Source: Eledone cirrhosa (taxonomy: Eukaryota). Taken from it: 64,000 nt of DNA. Each line of letters starts with the position of its first letter. Position 1 is the stretch's first letter. This document shows, piece after piece, positions 28,500 to 43,169 of this stretch. The position numbers were made by a program, and so were the translations under genes. The stretch covers positions 60,078,001-60,142,000 of the forward strand of contig OZ024744.1 in the NCBI GenBank assembly GCA_964016885.1, written 5' to 3'. The notes beneath the pieces were generated by a model that was given only the letters and a program-made list of their open reading frames with translations, was not told the DNA's origin and made no database searches.

Positions 28500-29769
28500 C
28501 GAAGGTGGGCTGAAAAGTTCATAGGCTGACTACGAAAGAGTGAGGCTAAAGCTATGAAATCTTGCATACATTAATTTCAACTCTTCTTATTGTTTCTCTC
28601 CAGGTAAACTGACATTTAACTGTTCAAAGAAGACTTCAAAAGTAGCTAGTAGCGACTTCTTTTGCAAATGGACAAAATTTGGCATTGTGGTATTATCAAG
28701 TACCTACAGAAAAAGGGGTTTAGTCCCTAAGGGCATTCATGCTGACAGGGTTGCTACATTACGGGATGATGCTCCAGCTTCATCAACAGTGCAAAAGTGG
28801 GCAGCTGAATTTAGGAGGGAAAGGGAGAGTCTTGAAGATGCCCCCCACCCCCACCCCCACGCTCTGGACGTCTTGCAACTGCCTCGAGGAAAACATTGAT
28901 CGTGTCCACCACATGGTGGTGGATGACAGGCTATTGACTATAAATGAAATAGCCAATGCTATTAACATATTCCATGAGAGTTGAGAATATTCTACTCAAT
29001 GAACTTGGCATTACGAAGGTTTATGTTTGGTGGATGCCACGAATTCTGATGCCTGATCAAAAGCGCACCAAGATGATCACATCACTGGATAATCTGACAT
29101 TGTTTGAGGCAGATCCAGCTGATTTCTTAGAACGTTTTCTAACCCAGGATGAGTTTGTGTTCATCACTTTGAGCCAGAAGCAAAGAGACAATCTATGCAG
29201 TGGAAACACCTGCTCCAAAGAAGACCAAGGTTGTTTCAATTGCAGGGAAGGTGATGGCTTCAATTTTTTCAAATGCAAAAGGTGTTGCGTTTATTGACTA
29301 TCTTCAAAAGGGCCACACAATCAATGGAAAGTACTATGCCAACTTGCTTTGAGGCAATTACGAAAGGTTATGAAGACCAACTGTCCAAAGGGGTCTTGAT
29401 TCACCAGAACAATGATCCAATACACAAGTCTTCGGTTTCAATGGCTGCTGTGTATGACTGTGGCTTTGAACTGGTTGATCACCCTCCCTATTCTCTTAAT
29501 TTGGCCCCATCTGTCTATCATCTGTTCCCCATCATGGAAAGACACTTGACTGGGAACCAGTATTGCAATAATGATGACGTCATATCTGTTGTAGATGACT
29601 TTTTTGACCAACAGGATGAAAGCTTCGTCACCAATGGGATCCAAGCACAGCGACTACGATGGAAGAAGTGTGTGGAACGCAAGGGGGACTATGATGAAAA
29701 ATAAACCTCATTTGGTCACATTTCATGAGAGTATCTTGGCCAGCTTATGAACCTTTCAGCCAACCCTCG
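28500..29769 (+). mobile_element. Full-length mariner transposon with decayed transposase (~28668-29704)
   Basis: TIRs CGAAGGTGGGCTGAAAAGTTCATAGGCTG and CAGCTTATGAACCTTTCAGCCAACCCTCG, TA target duplication, WMPRIL, TQDE and HPPYSLNLAPSVYHLF; frameshifts. Confidence 0.92.
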
Positions 29770-30121
29770 TACATATTGCATACACATTTATATATATATG
29801 AAAACATATATACACACAGGCACACATATATATGTAAATGTGCATATATTTGTATATATATGTATTGTGTATGTGTGTGCGTGAGAGAGAGAGAGAGAGA
29901 GAGAGAAGTAAAGAGCAAGAGAGAGAGTAAGGTGCGTGTATGTATATGTGCTTATAAGTTGCGTTCTAACCAGATGTTCATAGACAGAAGTATAATATCT
30001 CTAAATACTCTAGTTTCATCTTGCACACACACATACACACACACACATATATATATACACATAAACTCATGCACATACACAAACGCATATATACATAAAC
30101 ATGAACATATGTTTAACTACG

Positions 30122-30177
<56 letters not shown>

Positions 30178-30185
30178 TATGTATA

Positions 30186-30263
<78 letters not shown>

Positions 30264-30538
30264 CATGCATGATGTATGTGTATATATATATATACACACT
30301 CAGTGTATAATATACACACTCAGTGCATGTTTCACAGCGCGTGTCTTGGAGGTGTAGAATTTATAAACATCAGCCAATGAGACTTCAGATGCACAGTGGT
30401 ATCTAATGTCTAGTTTAATAGCTGTAGTTTGCAATTTCCCATTTGTCTAGGCTGGAATCCTATTGGAATACCTTACCGCCTCCTTCTCGAGAGGTCGAGT
30501 TAAATGTACAATGACATGTATATATACGCATATACATA

Positions 30539-30757
<219 letters not shown>

Positions 30758-31328
30758 GAATAATCGAGAATCGGAATATCAGCTCACGAAATCACGATAA
30801 ACAACATCCGATATATGTGGCAGAGGGCTCAATAATTTGGAAAAATCAGAGTTATAACTATCGTTAAAATACCAACACATAGAGATAATGCCTAAAATCA
30901 CCCGTGCAGCCGAAAAAGAACGACCAGGAAGATTCGGGTCACTCAAATAAAATATCAATAAATCAATAAATTAAATGAATGTAAAAAACTCACCCGGACC
31001 CGCTAGAAAGATGTTAAATCTAGCTTCTTGGGTTTCTGCAATTCCTATCAGCCCACATAAAAAATATATAAGACTTCTAGAGAAGAGATGAACGTACGCA
31101 TATATATATATATAGACACATATATGTATATGTATATATAAGAGATGTCAACATGAATGGACATTATTTTTATCTAAAGACATGTTTTCCAATTCCATCC
31201 CGCTCGTCCTCTCAATCTATTTTATTACTCATTCTTTCTTCTGAAATGTTAAGACCCTCTTCCTGCTATATCAAGCGTTATATATACCTTCCATATACTG
31301 TACCGATTGTGTTGTTATTTCTGTTTAC

Positions 31329-31366
<38 letters not shown>

Positions 31367-31639
31367 GCAGACACACACACACATTTGTATATGTATGAAC
31401 ACATATATAAATAAATAAATATATATATATATGAAAAATGAAAGATTCGGGACCCCAACGGCCGAGTTCCTGCCGTTTCAACAACTAGATGTAGCTGTTG
31501 AAATGATAAAAGCTCAGGCCTCGGAGTCCCGTATTTTTCATATATATATATATATGGCAACATGACCCTCCCAAAGTATAACAATATCGGTTTCAACACA
31601 CGATTTCAGATAAAGAATCTTGCTAAACAAATTCAGAAA

Positions 31640-31707
<68 letters not shown>

Positions 31708-32087
31708 ATTTACATATACATAAAGTCATAGATATATATGTTTTGCAACTGGTCACGTTGTGGCTCAATGAAGAATTAATAAATTAAATAATCAGAGCAA
31801 TATATCATAAATCAAAGAGATATAATTACGGTATGTACACATTTCTTCTAAGTTTGAATTTACACCATATTGTGTATGGTTGAAGGTATATTTAGTCAGT
31901 TTCTACATGCTGTTGAAATGTTGGATGAATACTCTATCGGGGCTACCGCGAAGAGGCCGCTTTCGGTTATTTGTCGGAAATTTCTTCATAGGAGTCTTTA
32001 TTCTTATAGCTTGGTCTAATTGGGAGAGGAAATGGTATATATTTTATCTAATAATTCTAAAGACATGATTTATGATATATTGCTCTG

Positions 32088-32267
32088 TGGATTGGCAGTA
32101 TCGGTAGAGAGTCGGACGCCATGCTTTCCAGCATAGTTACGTCCCTTTACGATCTGAGTTCAAATCCCGCCGAGGTTGACTTTGCCTTTCATCCTTACAG
32201 GGTCGATAAAATAAAGTACCAGTAATACACTGGGTAATTGCTGGCCTTGTGCCTAAAAGTAGAAACA
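32088..32267 (+). mobile_element. tRNA-derived SINE (same family as the 13 kb array; a fragment also at 36775-36875)
   Basis: TGGCAGTATCGG A box, GAGTTCAAATCC B box, GTAGAAACAATTATT tail. Confidence 0.85.
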
Positions 32268-32554
32268 ATTATTTAATTTATTAATTCTTCATTGAGCCAC
32301 AACGTGACCGGTTGCAAAACATATATATCTATGACTTTATGTATATGTAAATCTTTATATTTAATAATCTCCCGTTAGGTTGAGATACAATTGGGCGATA
32401 TTGGGCTGCGCTTTCTAGCAACAAGCCTACCCGCCGTAAGCAACTAATCACATTCTTTCTAACTTGACCACTGCCACGTCACGATTCTTAGCCATTTTAG
32501 AATCTATTTTTGGCACGATCACTTTGGAAAATTAAATGTCTAATTTTGAGTTCA

Positions 32555-32628
32555 CTCCTGATGAGTCCGATACTCTGGATGTATCCTGTTATTGGATGTC
32601 TAAAAATAAGGACGAAACCATGGTAGAG
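32555..32628 (+). ncRNA. Type I hammerhead ribozyme, intact core
   Basis: CTC-CTGATGA-GTCC...GGAC-GAA-ACCATGGT-A/GAG; palindromic stem III, GUA site after 32625. Confidence 0.88.
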
Positions 32629-32903
32629 ATATAATTACGGTATGTACACATTTCTTCTAAGTTTGAATTTACACCTAATTGTGTATGGTTGAAGGTATAT
32701 TTAGTCAGTTTCTACATGCTGTTGAAATGTTGGATGAATACTCTATCGGGGCTACCGCGAAGAGGCCGCTTTCGGTTATTTGTCGGAAATTTCTTCATAG
32801 GAGCCTTTATCCTTATAGCTTGGTCTAATTGGGAGAGGAAATGGTATATATTTTATCTAATAATTCTAAGGACATGATTTATGCAGTGTTTTCTATACCT
32901 TTC

Positions 32904-32991
<88 letters not shown>

Positions 32992-32994
<3 letters not shown>

Positions 32995-33428
32995 TCGACT
33001 AGAAAAGCTCAACCTTTATTCTCTCCAACGACGCCGTGAGCGCTACATTATCTGCATGATGTGGAAAATATTCCATCATCATTGCCCAAATGATGTTCGC
33101 ATCACCTTTAAGGTACACTCAAGGCTTGGGCTCCGTGCTATCCGCCTACAACAAAAATTACACTCGCATATCATAACAACAACACGGCACAATTATTTCG
33201 CCTCAATTGGCCCCGCTCTCTTTAATATTACACCAAAACCCCATAAAGTTTAAGAAGTCTTTGGACAAATTCCTTCAAGAAATCCTGGATAAACCTCCTG
33301 CACCCGGATATGTCTCCGTAAACAATAACTCTCTACTTGAATGGGCCATGGTCTCCAAATCCTAATTTGAAAGACTACGCCAAGTTAGACATGGCCTGGG
33401 CCAATACTGGCCGAAAGCTATCAAAGTT
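32992..33428 (+). mobile_element. 3' end of a CR1/Jockey-group LINE
   Basis: RLEKLNLYSLQRRRERY..GPALFN..FKKSLDKFLQEI C-terminal motifs. Confidence 0.7.
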
Positions 33429-33479
33429 ATATATATGCAATATATTAATAAATGGAAACTCTATTTATAAAACCATAAT

Positions 33480-33545
33480 TATTTTATTATATATATTTCA
33501 AGAGCGACCAAGGTAAATTATGGTGCGCTTTCATCAGATAAAATA
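33480..33545 (-). ncRNA. Type I hammerhead ribozyme
   Basis: Reverse complement of the motif at 38513-38578. Confidence 0.82.
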
Positions 33546-33719
33546 CAGATTTGTTTTATAAATAAATATTGACATACCCAGAAAAAAGACCACCTCAAAG
33601 GTTGAAATTCGCTGGATAGTGGAGATAATTGAGGGTGATACAAAGTTGTGAGTGAGTATGTAAATGAGTGTCAGAAAAATTGAAAAAAACAACGGTTTAT
33701 TTAAATTAAACTGTTGGAA

Positions 33720-36406
33720 GAAAATAGATGTAAAACGGAGAGACAAGATATATGTAAAAGGGAGAGAGACAAAAATAGATGTAAAAGGGAGAGAGACAAG
33801 ATATATGTAAAAGGGAGAGAGACAAAAATAGATGTAAAAGGGAGAGAGACAAGATATATGTAAAAGGGAGAGAGACAAAAATAGATGTAAAAGGGAGAGA
33901 GACAAGATAGATGTAAAAGGGAGAGAGACAAAATAGATGTAAAAGGGAGAGAGACAAGATAGATGTAAAAGGGAGAAAGACAAAATAGATGTAAAAGGGA
34001 GAGAGACAAAATAGATGTAAAAGGGAGAGAGACAAGATAGATGTAAAAGGGAGAGAGACAAAATAGATGTAAAAGGGAGAGAGACAAAATAGATGTAAAA
34101 GGGAGAGAGACAAGATAGATGTAAAAGGGAGAAAGACAAAATAGATGTAAAAGGGAGAGAGACAAAATAGATGTAAAAGGGAAAGAGACAAGATAGATGT
34201 AAAAGGGAGAGAGACAAGATAGATGTAAAAGGGAGAGAGACAAAATAGATGTAAAAGGGAGAGAGACAAGATAGATGTAAAAGGGAGAGAGACAAGATAG
34301 ATGTAAAAGGGAGAGAGACAAAATAGATGTAAAAGGGAGAGAGACAAAATAGATGTAAAAGGGAGAGAGACAAAATAGATGTAAAAGGGAGAGAGACAAA
34401 ATAGATGTAAAAGGGAGAGAGACAAAATAGATGTAAAAAGGAGAGAGACAAAATAGATGTAAAAGGGAGAGAGACAGAATAGATGTAAAAGGGAGAGAGA
34501 CAAAATAGATGTAAAAGGGAAAGAGACAAAATAGATGTAAAAGGGAGAGAGACAAAATAGATGTAAAAGGGAGAGAGACAAAATAGATGTAAAAGGGAGA
34601 GAGACAAGATAGATGTAAAAGGGAGAGAGACAAAATAGATGTAAAAAGGGAGAGAGACAAAATAGATGTAAAAGGGAGAGAGATAAAATAGATGTAAAAG
34701 GGAGAGAGACAAAATAGATGTAAAAGGGAGAGAGATAAAATAGATGTAAAGGGGAAAGAGACAAGATAGATGTAAAAGGGAGAGAGACAAGATAGATGTA
34801 AAAGGGAGAAAGACAAAATAGATGTAAAAGGGAGAGAGACAAAATAGATGCAAAAGGGAGAGAGACAAAATAGATGTAAAAGGGAGAGAGACAAAATAGA
34901 TGTAAAAGGGAGAGAGACAAAATAGATGTAAAAAGGGAGAGAGACAAAATAGATGTAAAAGGGAGAGAGATAAAATAGATGTAAAAGGGAGAGAGACAAA
35001 ATAGATGTAAAAGGGAGAGAGATAAAATAGATATAAAAGGGAAAGAGACAAGATAGATGTAAAAGGGAGAGAGACAAGATAGATGTAAAAGGGAGAGAGA
35101 CAAAATAGATGTAAAAGGGAGAGAGATAAAATAGATGTAAAGGGGAAAGAGACAAGATAGATGTAAAAGGGAGAGAGACAAGATAGATGTAAAAGGGAGA
35201 AAGACAAAATAGATGTAAAAGGGAGAGAGACAAAATAGATGTAAAAGGGAGAGAGACAAAATAGATGTAAAAGGGAGAGAGACAAAATAGATGTAAAAGG
35301 GAGAGAGACAAAATAGATGTAAAAGGGAGAGAGACAAAATAGATGTAAAAGGGAGAGAGACAAGATAGATGTAAAAGGGAGAAAGACAAAATAGATGTAA
35401 AAGGGAGAGAGACAAAATAGATGTAAAAGGGAAAGAGACAAGATAGATGTAAAAGGGAGAGAGACAAGATAGATGTAAAAGGGAGAGAGACAAAATAGAT
35501 GTAAAAGGGAGAGAGACAAGATAGATGTAAAAGGGAGAGAGACAAGATAGATGTAAAAGGGAGAGAGACAAAATAGATGTAAAAGGGAGAGAGACAAAAT
35601 AGATGTAAAAGGGAGAGAGACAAAATAGATGTAAAAGGGAGAGAGACAAAATAGATGTAAAAGGGAGAGAGACAAAATAGATGTAAAAAGGAGAGAGACA
35701 AAATAGATGTAAAAGGGAGAGAGACAGAATAGATGTAAAAGGGAGAGAGACAAAATAGATGTAAAAGGGAAAGAGACAAAATAGATGTAAAAGGGAGAGA
35801 GACAAAATAGATGTAAAAGGGAGAGAGACAAAATAGATGTAAAAGGGAGAGAGACAAGATAGATGTAAAAGGGAGAGAGACAAAATAGATGTAAAAAGGG
35901 AGAGAGACAAAATAGATGTAAAAGGGAGAGAGATAAAATAGATGTAAAAGGGAGAGAGACAAAATAGATGTAAAAGGGAGAGAGATAAAATAGATGTAAA
36001 GGGGAAAGAGACAAGATAGATGTAAAAGGGAGAGAGACAAGATAGATGTAAAAGGGAGAAAGACAAAATAGATGTAAAAGGGAGAGAGACAAAATAGATG
36101 TAAAAGGGAGAGAGACAAAATAGATGTAAAAGGGAGAGAGACAAAATAGATGTAAAAGGGAGAGAGACAAAATAGATGTAAAAAGGGAGAGAGACAAAAT
36201 AGATGTAAAAGGGAGAGAGATAAAATAGATGTAAAAGGGAGAGAGACAAAATAGATGTAAAAGGGAGAGAGATAAAATAGATATAAAAGGGAAAGAGACA
36301 AGATAGATGTAAAAGGGAGAGAGACAAGATAGATGTAAAAGGGAGAGAGACAAAATAGATGTAAAAGGGAGAGAGACAAAATAGATGTAAAAGGGAGAGA
36401 GACAAA
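33720..36406. repeat. 26-bp minisatellite (AAAATAGATGTAAAAGGGAGAGAGAC), ~103 units, with a 1250-bp higher-order period
   Basis: The unit is read directly; the diagnostic variant GACAGAAT recurs at 34473 and 35723. Confidence 0.95.
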
Positions 36407-38512
36407 AAATTGAGAGGGAGAGAGATAAAGAGAAAAAAATTGAGAGGGAGAGAGATAGAGAGAAAAAATATTGAAAGGGAGGGAGAGAGAATAGTTAGAT
36501 GGGAGAGAGAAGAGAATAGAAAGAGAAAGAAAGTGATAGAAGAAAAGAGAAAAAGATATAATATTGAGAGAGAGTGAAGGAAAGAACACATATTGAGAGG
36601 GAGAGAGAAAAGAATATTGAAAAAAAATATTGAAAAAAAGAGTGAGAAAGAGTAGTATGAGAGAGAGAAGAAAGAGAAAGAGAAAGAGGGGCGAAGTGAG
36701 CGAAGAAAATTTTTTTATATGGATGAGTAGTCAGAATGTAAATATATCATTCATTATTTTGTTTATATTATTTCCGAGGTTATCTTTGCCTTTCATCCTT
36801 AAGGGGTCGATAAAATAAAGTACCAGTAATGTACTGGGTAATTGATGGCTTTGTGCCTAAAGTAGAAACAATTATTTATAAAGGTAAAGTTAAAAAATTT
36901 AATTAATGATAAAAAATCTTTACAAAAGAATTTAACTAGAAATTTAATTAAAATTTAATTAGAATTTAATTAAAATTTAATTAATTACAATAAGATATAT
37001 TACAAAAAGAATATTAAAAAATTTATTAAGATGTATTAATACTATATAAGTTTAGATGGGTATGTTATGTTATAGGTTATAAATTATTTGAATGTATAGT
37101 ATTTTGCATAGTATTTTGTATTGGAAAAAAATCAAGTATAGTTTAATTGATTAAAGTAAGTTTTGCAAAATTATATTTAGCCAAAGTTTATTAATAGTTG
37201 TAAGTCAAATCTTAAACATCAAATATTTATGAAGATTTGCGAAAGTTTAGAAAGGAAAAATTATTTAATTAGGAGTATATATTAAAACAATTTACAATTT
37301 CGACTATAAATTAAGACTATAAAAATTGAGATTATAAAAACAATAAGGAAGTTTAAAGGAAGTTAAAAGGGATTTTTTAAAAACCCAAATGACTCCAAGG
37401 ATAGATAAAAATCACTACGAAAATTATAAGAAGTTATAAAAATTCATCTTAAAATATAATTAAAATATAAGACATAATTATTCCACATATATATAAATAA
37501 TATAAATGATTGGATATATATGAAAATACATAAGTATTAAACATGTTTAGAATATTGGAAGATGTAGGGGTAATGGAAGATATTAAAATAGTGGTTTTTC
37601 GTATCTTTCAAAAGAACCTTTCAAAAATTTAATCATAAGTTTTACAAAAATTTCCAGGAGGTGTTTCGAAGGACATTTAAAAAATTTTTCAAAACATTTT
37701 CGTAAAAGAATTTCTGGAGGTAGGATTGAAAAGTGCGATAATATAAGTATTAGAAAGTAAAGGTTTTAAGGAGTAAATTAAAATTAATAAGTGTACTTTA
37801 TATATTTAGGAAGGTTAGAATTATATTGATATATATAATCTAAGGGAAGAGATTATAGGTGTTTGGATGTAGAAAACGTTATGTAAGGAAGAATGAACAT
37901 ATATTACATTTTATATATATATATATATCTAAAAGTTGAGTTTAACCGATGTTTACAAGAACTAAATAAATTATTCCGCAAATTAATAGAGTTCTTAGAT
38001 TTTAGTATAAAGAATATTTCCTCTACGCAAAGGCTACAAAATTTGGATAGAGCTGTGTAAGATGGTGCTTTGGAGACAATATTCCAAGATAAAGAGTAGT
38101 TTATATTCTTGGATTTTAAATTCTATAATAAGTTGGATAGACAAGTTGAAGATTTCTTGGTAATATTCGTAAAGGAACATTTATAGTTATTGAAACGAGA
38201 TTTGAAGTCCGTTGAAGTAGAGCCGACATAGTTGAAGGAATTATCTTTGGTTTTGACATTACAATTGTATACTATATTTTTTTCTCTTTATCTCTCTCCC
38301 TCTCAATTTTTTGTCTCTCTCCCTTTTACATCTATTTTCTTCCAAGAGTTTAATTTAAATAAACCGTTGTTTTTTTCAATTTTTCTGACACTCAATTGCA
38401 TACTCACTCACAACATTGTATCACCCTCAATTATCTCCACTATCCAGCGAATTTCAGCCGTTGAGGTTATCTTTTTCCGGGTATGTCAATATTTATTTAT
38501 AAAACAAATCTG

Positions 38513-38578
38513 TATTTTATCTGATGAAAGCGCACCATAATTTACCTTGGTCGCTCTTGAAATATATATAATAAAATA
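38513..38578 (+). ncRNA. Type I hammerhead ribozyme
   Basis: TATTTTAT-CTGATGA-AAGCGCACCA..TGGTCGCTCTT-GAA-ATATATAT-A/ATAAAATA; 8-bp stem I. Confidence 0.82.
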
Positions 38579-38731
38579 ATTATGGTTTTATAAATATAGT
38601 TTCCATTTATTAATATATTGTATATTTACTCCATTAAACTGTTGAGTGCTTTATATCAGTTATAAAATGTTTGAAGCTTGTTGAATCTCAACAAATTAAA
38701 TATAACCTCTGCATATATATATATATATATA

Positions 38732-39177
38732 CAGAGTGAGGACGATATTTGTTCGCAATTTTCAACTGCTAATTTTATGCAAATTTGTTTACTTCCGTTG
38801 TCACTCTTGTCTTCATAAAAACAGTGACTATATTTCCATTATTTATTTTCAGAATAATTGATTATGAATAATTTTGAACTTCCAAATGTGTGGTAGAGAC
38901 ACGGAGTTCTTCCTGCAATCCGCGCCGGGAGGACAAATAAGGACCAGAAGATCAACTCCCGGAACAACAGGTGGCTCGCTGTCTCATCCAAAGACGTGCA
39001 CAGAGTCATGCAGACAAAGTTTCCAGCGACAAAATTGGTCTTAGGTGTCATCAGCAGTCAAGGTGACGTCATGCCACCTCACTTCTTCCCAAGTTTGATA
39101 AATATATCTTAAAAATTAAAACTACTGTTATCTTTTCCTAGACAGTAATCTTGCAAACAAATATCGTCCGCACCCTG
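38732..39177 (+). mobile_element. Internally deleted Tc1/mariner-superfamily (maT-like) element
   Basis: TIRs CAGAGTGAGGACGATATTTGTTCGCAA and TTGCAAACAAATATCGTCCGCACCCTG, in TA context. Transposase remnant TKFPATKLVLGVISSQGDVMPPHFF. Confidence 0.8.
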
Positions 39178-39184
39178 TATATAT

Positions 39185-40324
<1,140 letters not shown>

Positions 40325-40644
40325 GTTGAGGAAGGCGAGGTTGTGTGGTTACTGATAACGAGTGTTAGAAGCTAAGGCAACTCAAACAAGAGATAGAAAG
40401 TTTCCCTTCGTCAGCTGTTTACTACGGTTCATGGATGTTTCGGCGCATTATAAACAGAACATTGATCCATAGCGCGCCCATACCCTTTCATCTATCAAAA
40501 AGCCATGAGAGAAAGAAATGATAGCGAAGAGAGAGAAAGAGAAAAAAAGGGAAGAAGAAAAAAGGAAAAAACAAAGTAAACATACCGATAGAAGGGAGAA
40601 CACAAGACAATGGCACATGTAAGTGAGTATATATATATATATAC

Positions 40645-42145
40645 TCACTTACATTACGTTCTCGGGAATGTATTGTGATCTACCAGTGCAACGTGAAGGA
40701 CGGACACCTCCAACAAAGCTTATATAGGATTAACTGCTTGTAACTTCAAGACCCGGCTCTACCAACACCGACATACTTGCCGAAACTCGGTCCGGCGACA
40801 TGCCACTACACTTTCGGGCCACATCTGGGACCTCCAAGATAATAATATAACCTACAATCTCACTTGGAGCTTACTGTTCAGAGCTAACTCTTACACGGGA
40901 GGACGCCGTCCGTGTAACTTATGCTCGGAGGAAACATTACAGTTGCTGTTTTCGAAGGACCAACTCCTAAACAAGAAAGACGAACTGGTAACCGCATGCA
41001 AACACAGATTGCGTAGGACTTACCTCGCCCTCAAACCCCATAACGACCCGGGTGGGTAGACAAGGGCTGATACCCCCCCCCCCTTGCCGAATTTGTATGG
41101 GGAAACCCCTGCTTACATAGGTAGACGTACCTTTTTTTCTTTTCCTCTACGTTTCTTTCTTCTCCCCGTGTCATCCTATCACTTCCTTCCACCCCCGATC
41201 TTCTTCCTCGTCTGTTTTTCACCTTTCGCCTACCCCGATGCAGCTCATTGCTCCTTTGTAGCCTCAGTACCCCCACCCTTGTAATTTTAAGATAGAATTG
41301 GCCGATTACGCTTTACTAACTATTTATCAGCCAATGCTGTAATTTCTTCTTTTTTGTTACTACTCCAATTATACAATTTCTAAATTTCTTATTTAGTATT
41401 TTCTTTTGTCAACTTATTAATCTGTAATTGTAAGATAGCATTGGCTGATTACGCTTTACTAACTATTTATAGCAGCTGTGTTAGGCCGCTTGAAAAGTTT
41501 GCTTTAAATTTTTTCACTACCAACTACAATCTCTTATTTAGTATTTTCCATTCCCTACTTATTAAACTTTCCTATAGCTTAGCAATACCTACTAATTATA
41601 GCAGCTGTTTCTAGACTCTACTGTTTGTGTGTTTTTTATTTATTTCTCACTATCTAAATTTTTATATATATATATATATTATTTTTTTAATTTTATTTTA
41701 CTCCCATTTGACTTACCTATTTTTTAAACTCCCATCCTCCTTTTCTCCAGAACAATTTTTCGACTTTTCATACACTATCCTTAGAATCTGCTGTACAGAT
41801 TTCACTTTCAACGCCTGAATGGCTATCTTCACTCCCTCTTTGTTCTACCGGCAACTTCAGCCACCCCTACCTCCCACCAAATTCCATGATAGGTTTATTT
41901 GTCTTTATAACAAATGTTGACCAATCCTCTTGACAATTACTATCTTCCCATATAAGGAAGTACTCCTTGATAAATTTGGCTATTTATTTACCAGGCTAAA
42001 AATTCTAATTTAGTCCAGAAATAGCCGTCGAAACGGCTTGAGCTCTGCCGTCGGGGTCATACTTTTTCCTATTACCCACTCTACTACACTAAGTATTGAG
42101 TACTTTGGTGCATTATGGTCCATCTGGTTTCTTACCACAATTCCT
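40645..42145 (+). mobile_element. 5'-truncated Penelope-like element (GIY-YIG remnant 40660-41030) with degenerate HHR near 41963-42042
   Basis: VIYQCNV..YIGLT..FKTRLYQH..TTLSGHIWDL..CNLCSEE..LLNKKDELVTACKHR; stem GGCTATTT/AAATAGCC before GAAAC. Confidence 0.72.
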
Positions 42146-42149
42146 TCGT

Positions 42150-42259
<110 letters not shown>

Positions 42260-42322
42260 CGTGTGTGTGGGTATAATTTAGATGAGTATATAACATAAGC
42301 ATATAAAGACAAAGAATAATTC

Positions 42323-42454
42323 AAAAAGGTGACGTGTTTGCCTTAACACCGTGCGGCATAAATTCAGGCTGTTCAGTTTGTTTACGAACGAACAAAGCGG
42401 GCGCTAAAATAAGCGTCCGCTAAACTGATGCGTACATATATGTATGTGTACCTG

Positions 42455-42513
<59 letters not shown>

Positions 42514-42946
42514 GCATGCTACTGTACGTCTGTATACATATATGTATGTACGTATACATACATACTTACATTTAAGTAAGTGCCGTACTAAGAGTGAGAA
42601 ATGAAATTTCGTTTTCATTATCTTACAACTCATCGTTTTCGGTGCGCCTGACCGATGTAACTCACTCGATATGCAAATTAGGCTGCTCAGCCGTTAATTT
42701 TCATAAGGAAAGTATATACTTTCGAACGTTCAACTATCTGGCAGATGGGTATACGGTGCTGATGATAGCTAACAAGCTTGAAACTAGTACATCGTTCCTG
42801 TGTCAGTGTTGAACAAAAAGGTGACGTGGTTGCCTTAACACCGTGCGGCATAAATTCAGGCTGTTCAGTTTGTTTACAAACGAAAAAGGCGGGCGCTATA
42901 ATAAGCGTCCGCTAAACTGATGCGTACATATATGTATGTGTACCTG

Positions 42947-42986
<40 letters not shown>

Positions 42987-43098
42987 CATGCTACTGTACG
43001 TCTGTATACATATATGTATGTACGTATACATACATACTTACATTTAAGTAAGTGCCGTACTAAGAGTGAGAAATGAAATTTTGTTTTCATTTTATTAC

Positions 43099-43101
<3 letters not shown>
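42323..43101 (+). mobile_element. Family B element, ~1.6 tandem units (492 bp period), HHR at 42753-42795
   Basis: 42328 repeats at 42820. HHR reads ACGGTG-CTGATGA-tAGCT aaca AGCTt-GAA-ACTAGT-A/CATCGT. Ends GAAATGAAATTTTGTTTTC then (TA)n. Confidence 0.87.

Positions 43102-43165
<64 letters not shown>

Positions 43166-43169
<4 letters not shown>

Larger units (their letters stand above)
31700..32885 (+). mobile_element. HHR-bearing non-coding element, family D (629 bp unit plus inserted SINE; 5' inverted segment)
   Basis: 31816-32074 repeats at 32625-32883; 31700-31814 is an inverted copy of 32066-32087 joined to 32268-32360. Confidence 0.82.
33434..38622 (-). mobile_element. 5'-truncated Penelope-like element (GIY-YIG remnant 37930-38275) with long 3' region, expanded satellite and inverted terminal repeat copy (38277-38622)
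   Basis: Minus: IVYNCNV..YVGST..FKSRFNN..SWNIV..CSLCVEE..CKHR. 33434-33735 is inverted at 38320-38622, with an HHR in both arms. Confidence 0.8.

Noticed and set aside
32088-32175. tRNA gene
   Set aside because: The A and B boxes belong to a multi-copy SINE head, with no cloverleaf.
33720-36406. CRISPR-like array
   Set aside because: Contiguous repeats with no unique spacers, no cas genes and a eukaryotic context.
33534-36591. Three 939-962 aa minus-strand hydrophobic ORFs
   Set aside because: They arise from a stop-free 26-bp satellite; all three frames give the same cyclic peptide.
38776-38783. Octamer ATGCAAAT near the 38.5 kb HHR
   Set aside because: It lies downstream, inside an unrelated DNA transposon remnant, without the TATA-HHR spacing.
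40400-40490. Possible minus-strand hammerhead (CTGACGA and GCGCCGAAAC)
   Set aside because: The core halves could not be assembled in a consistent order with a closing stem.
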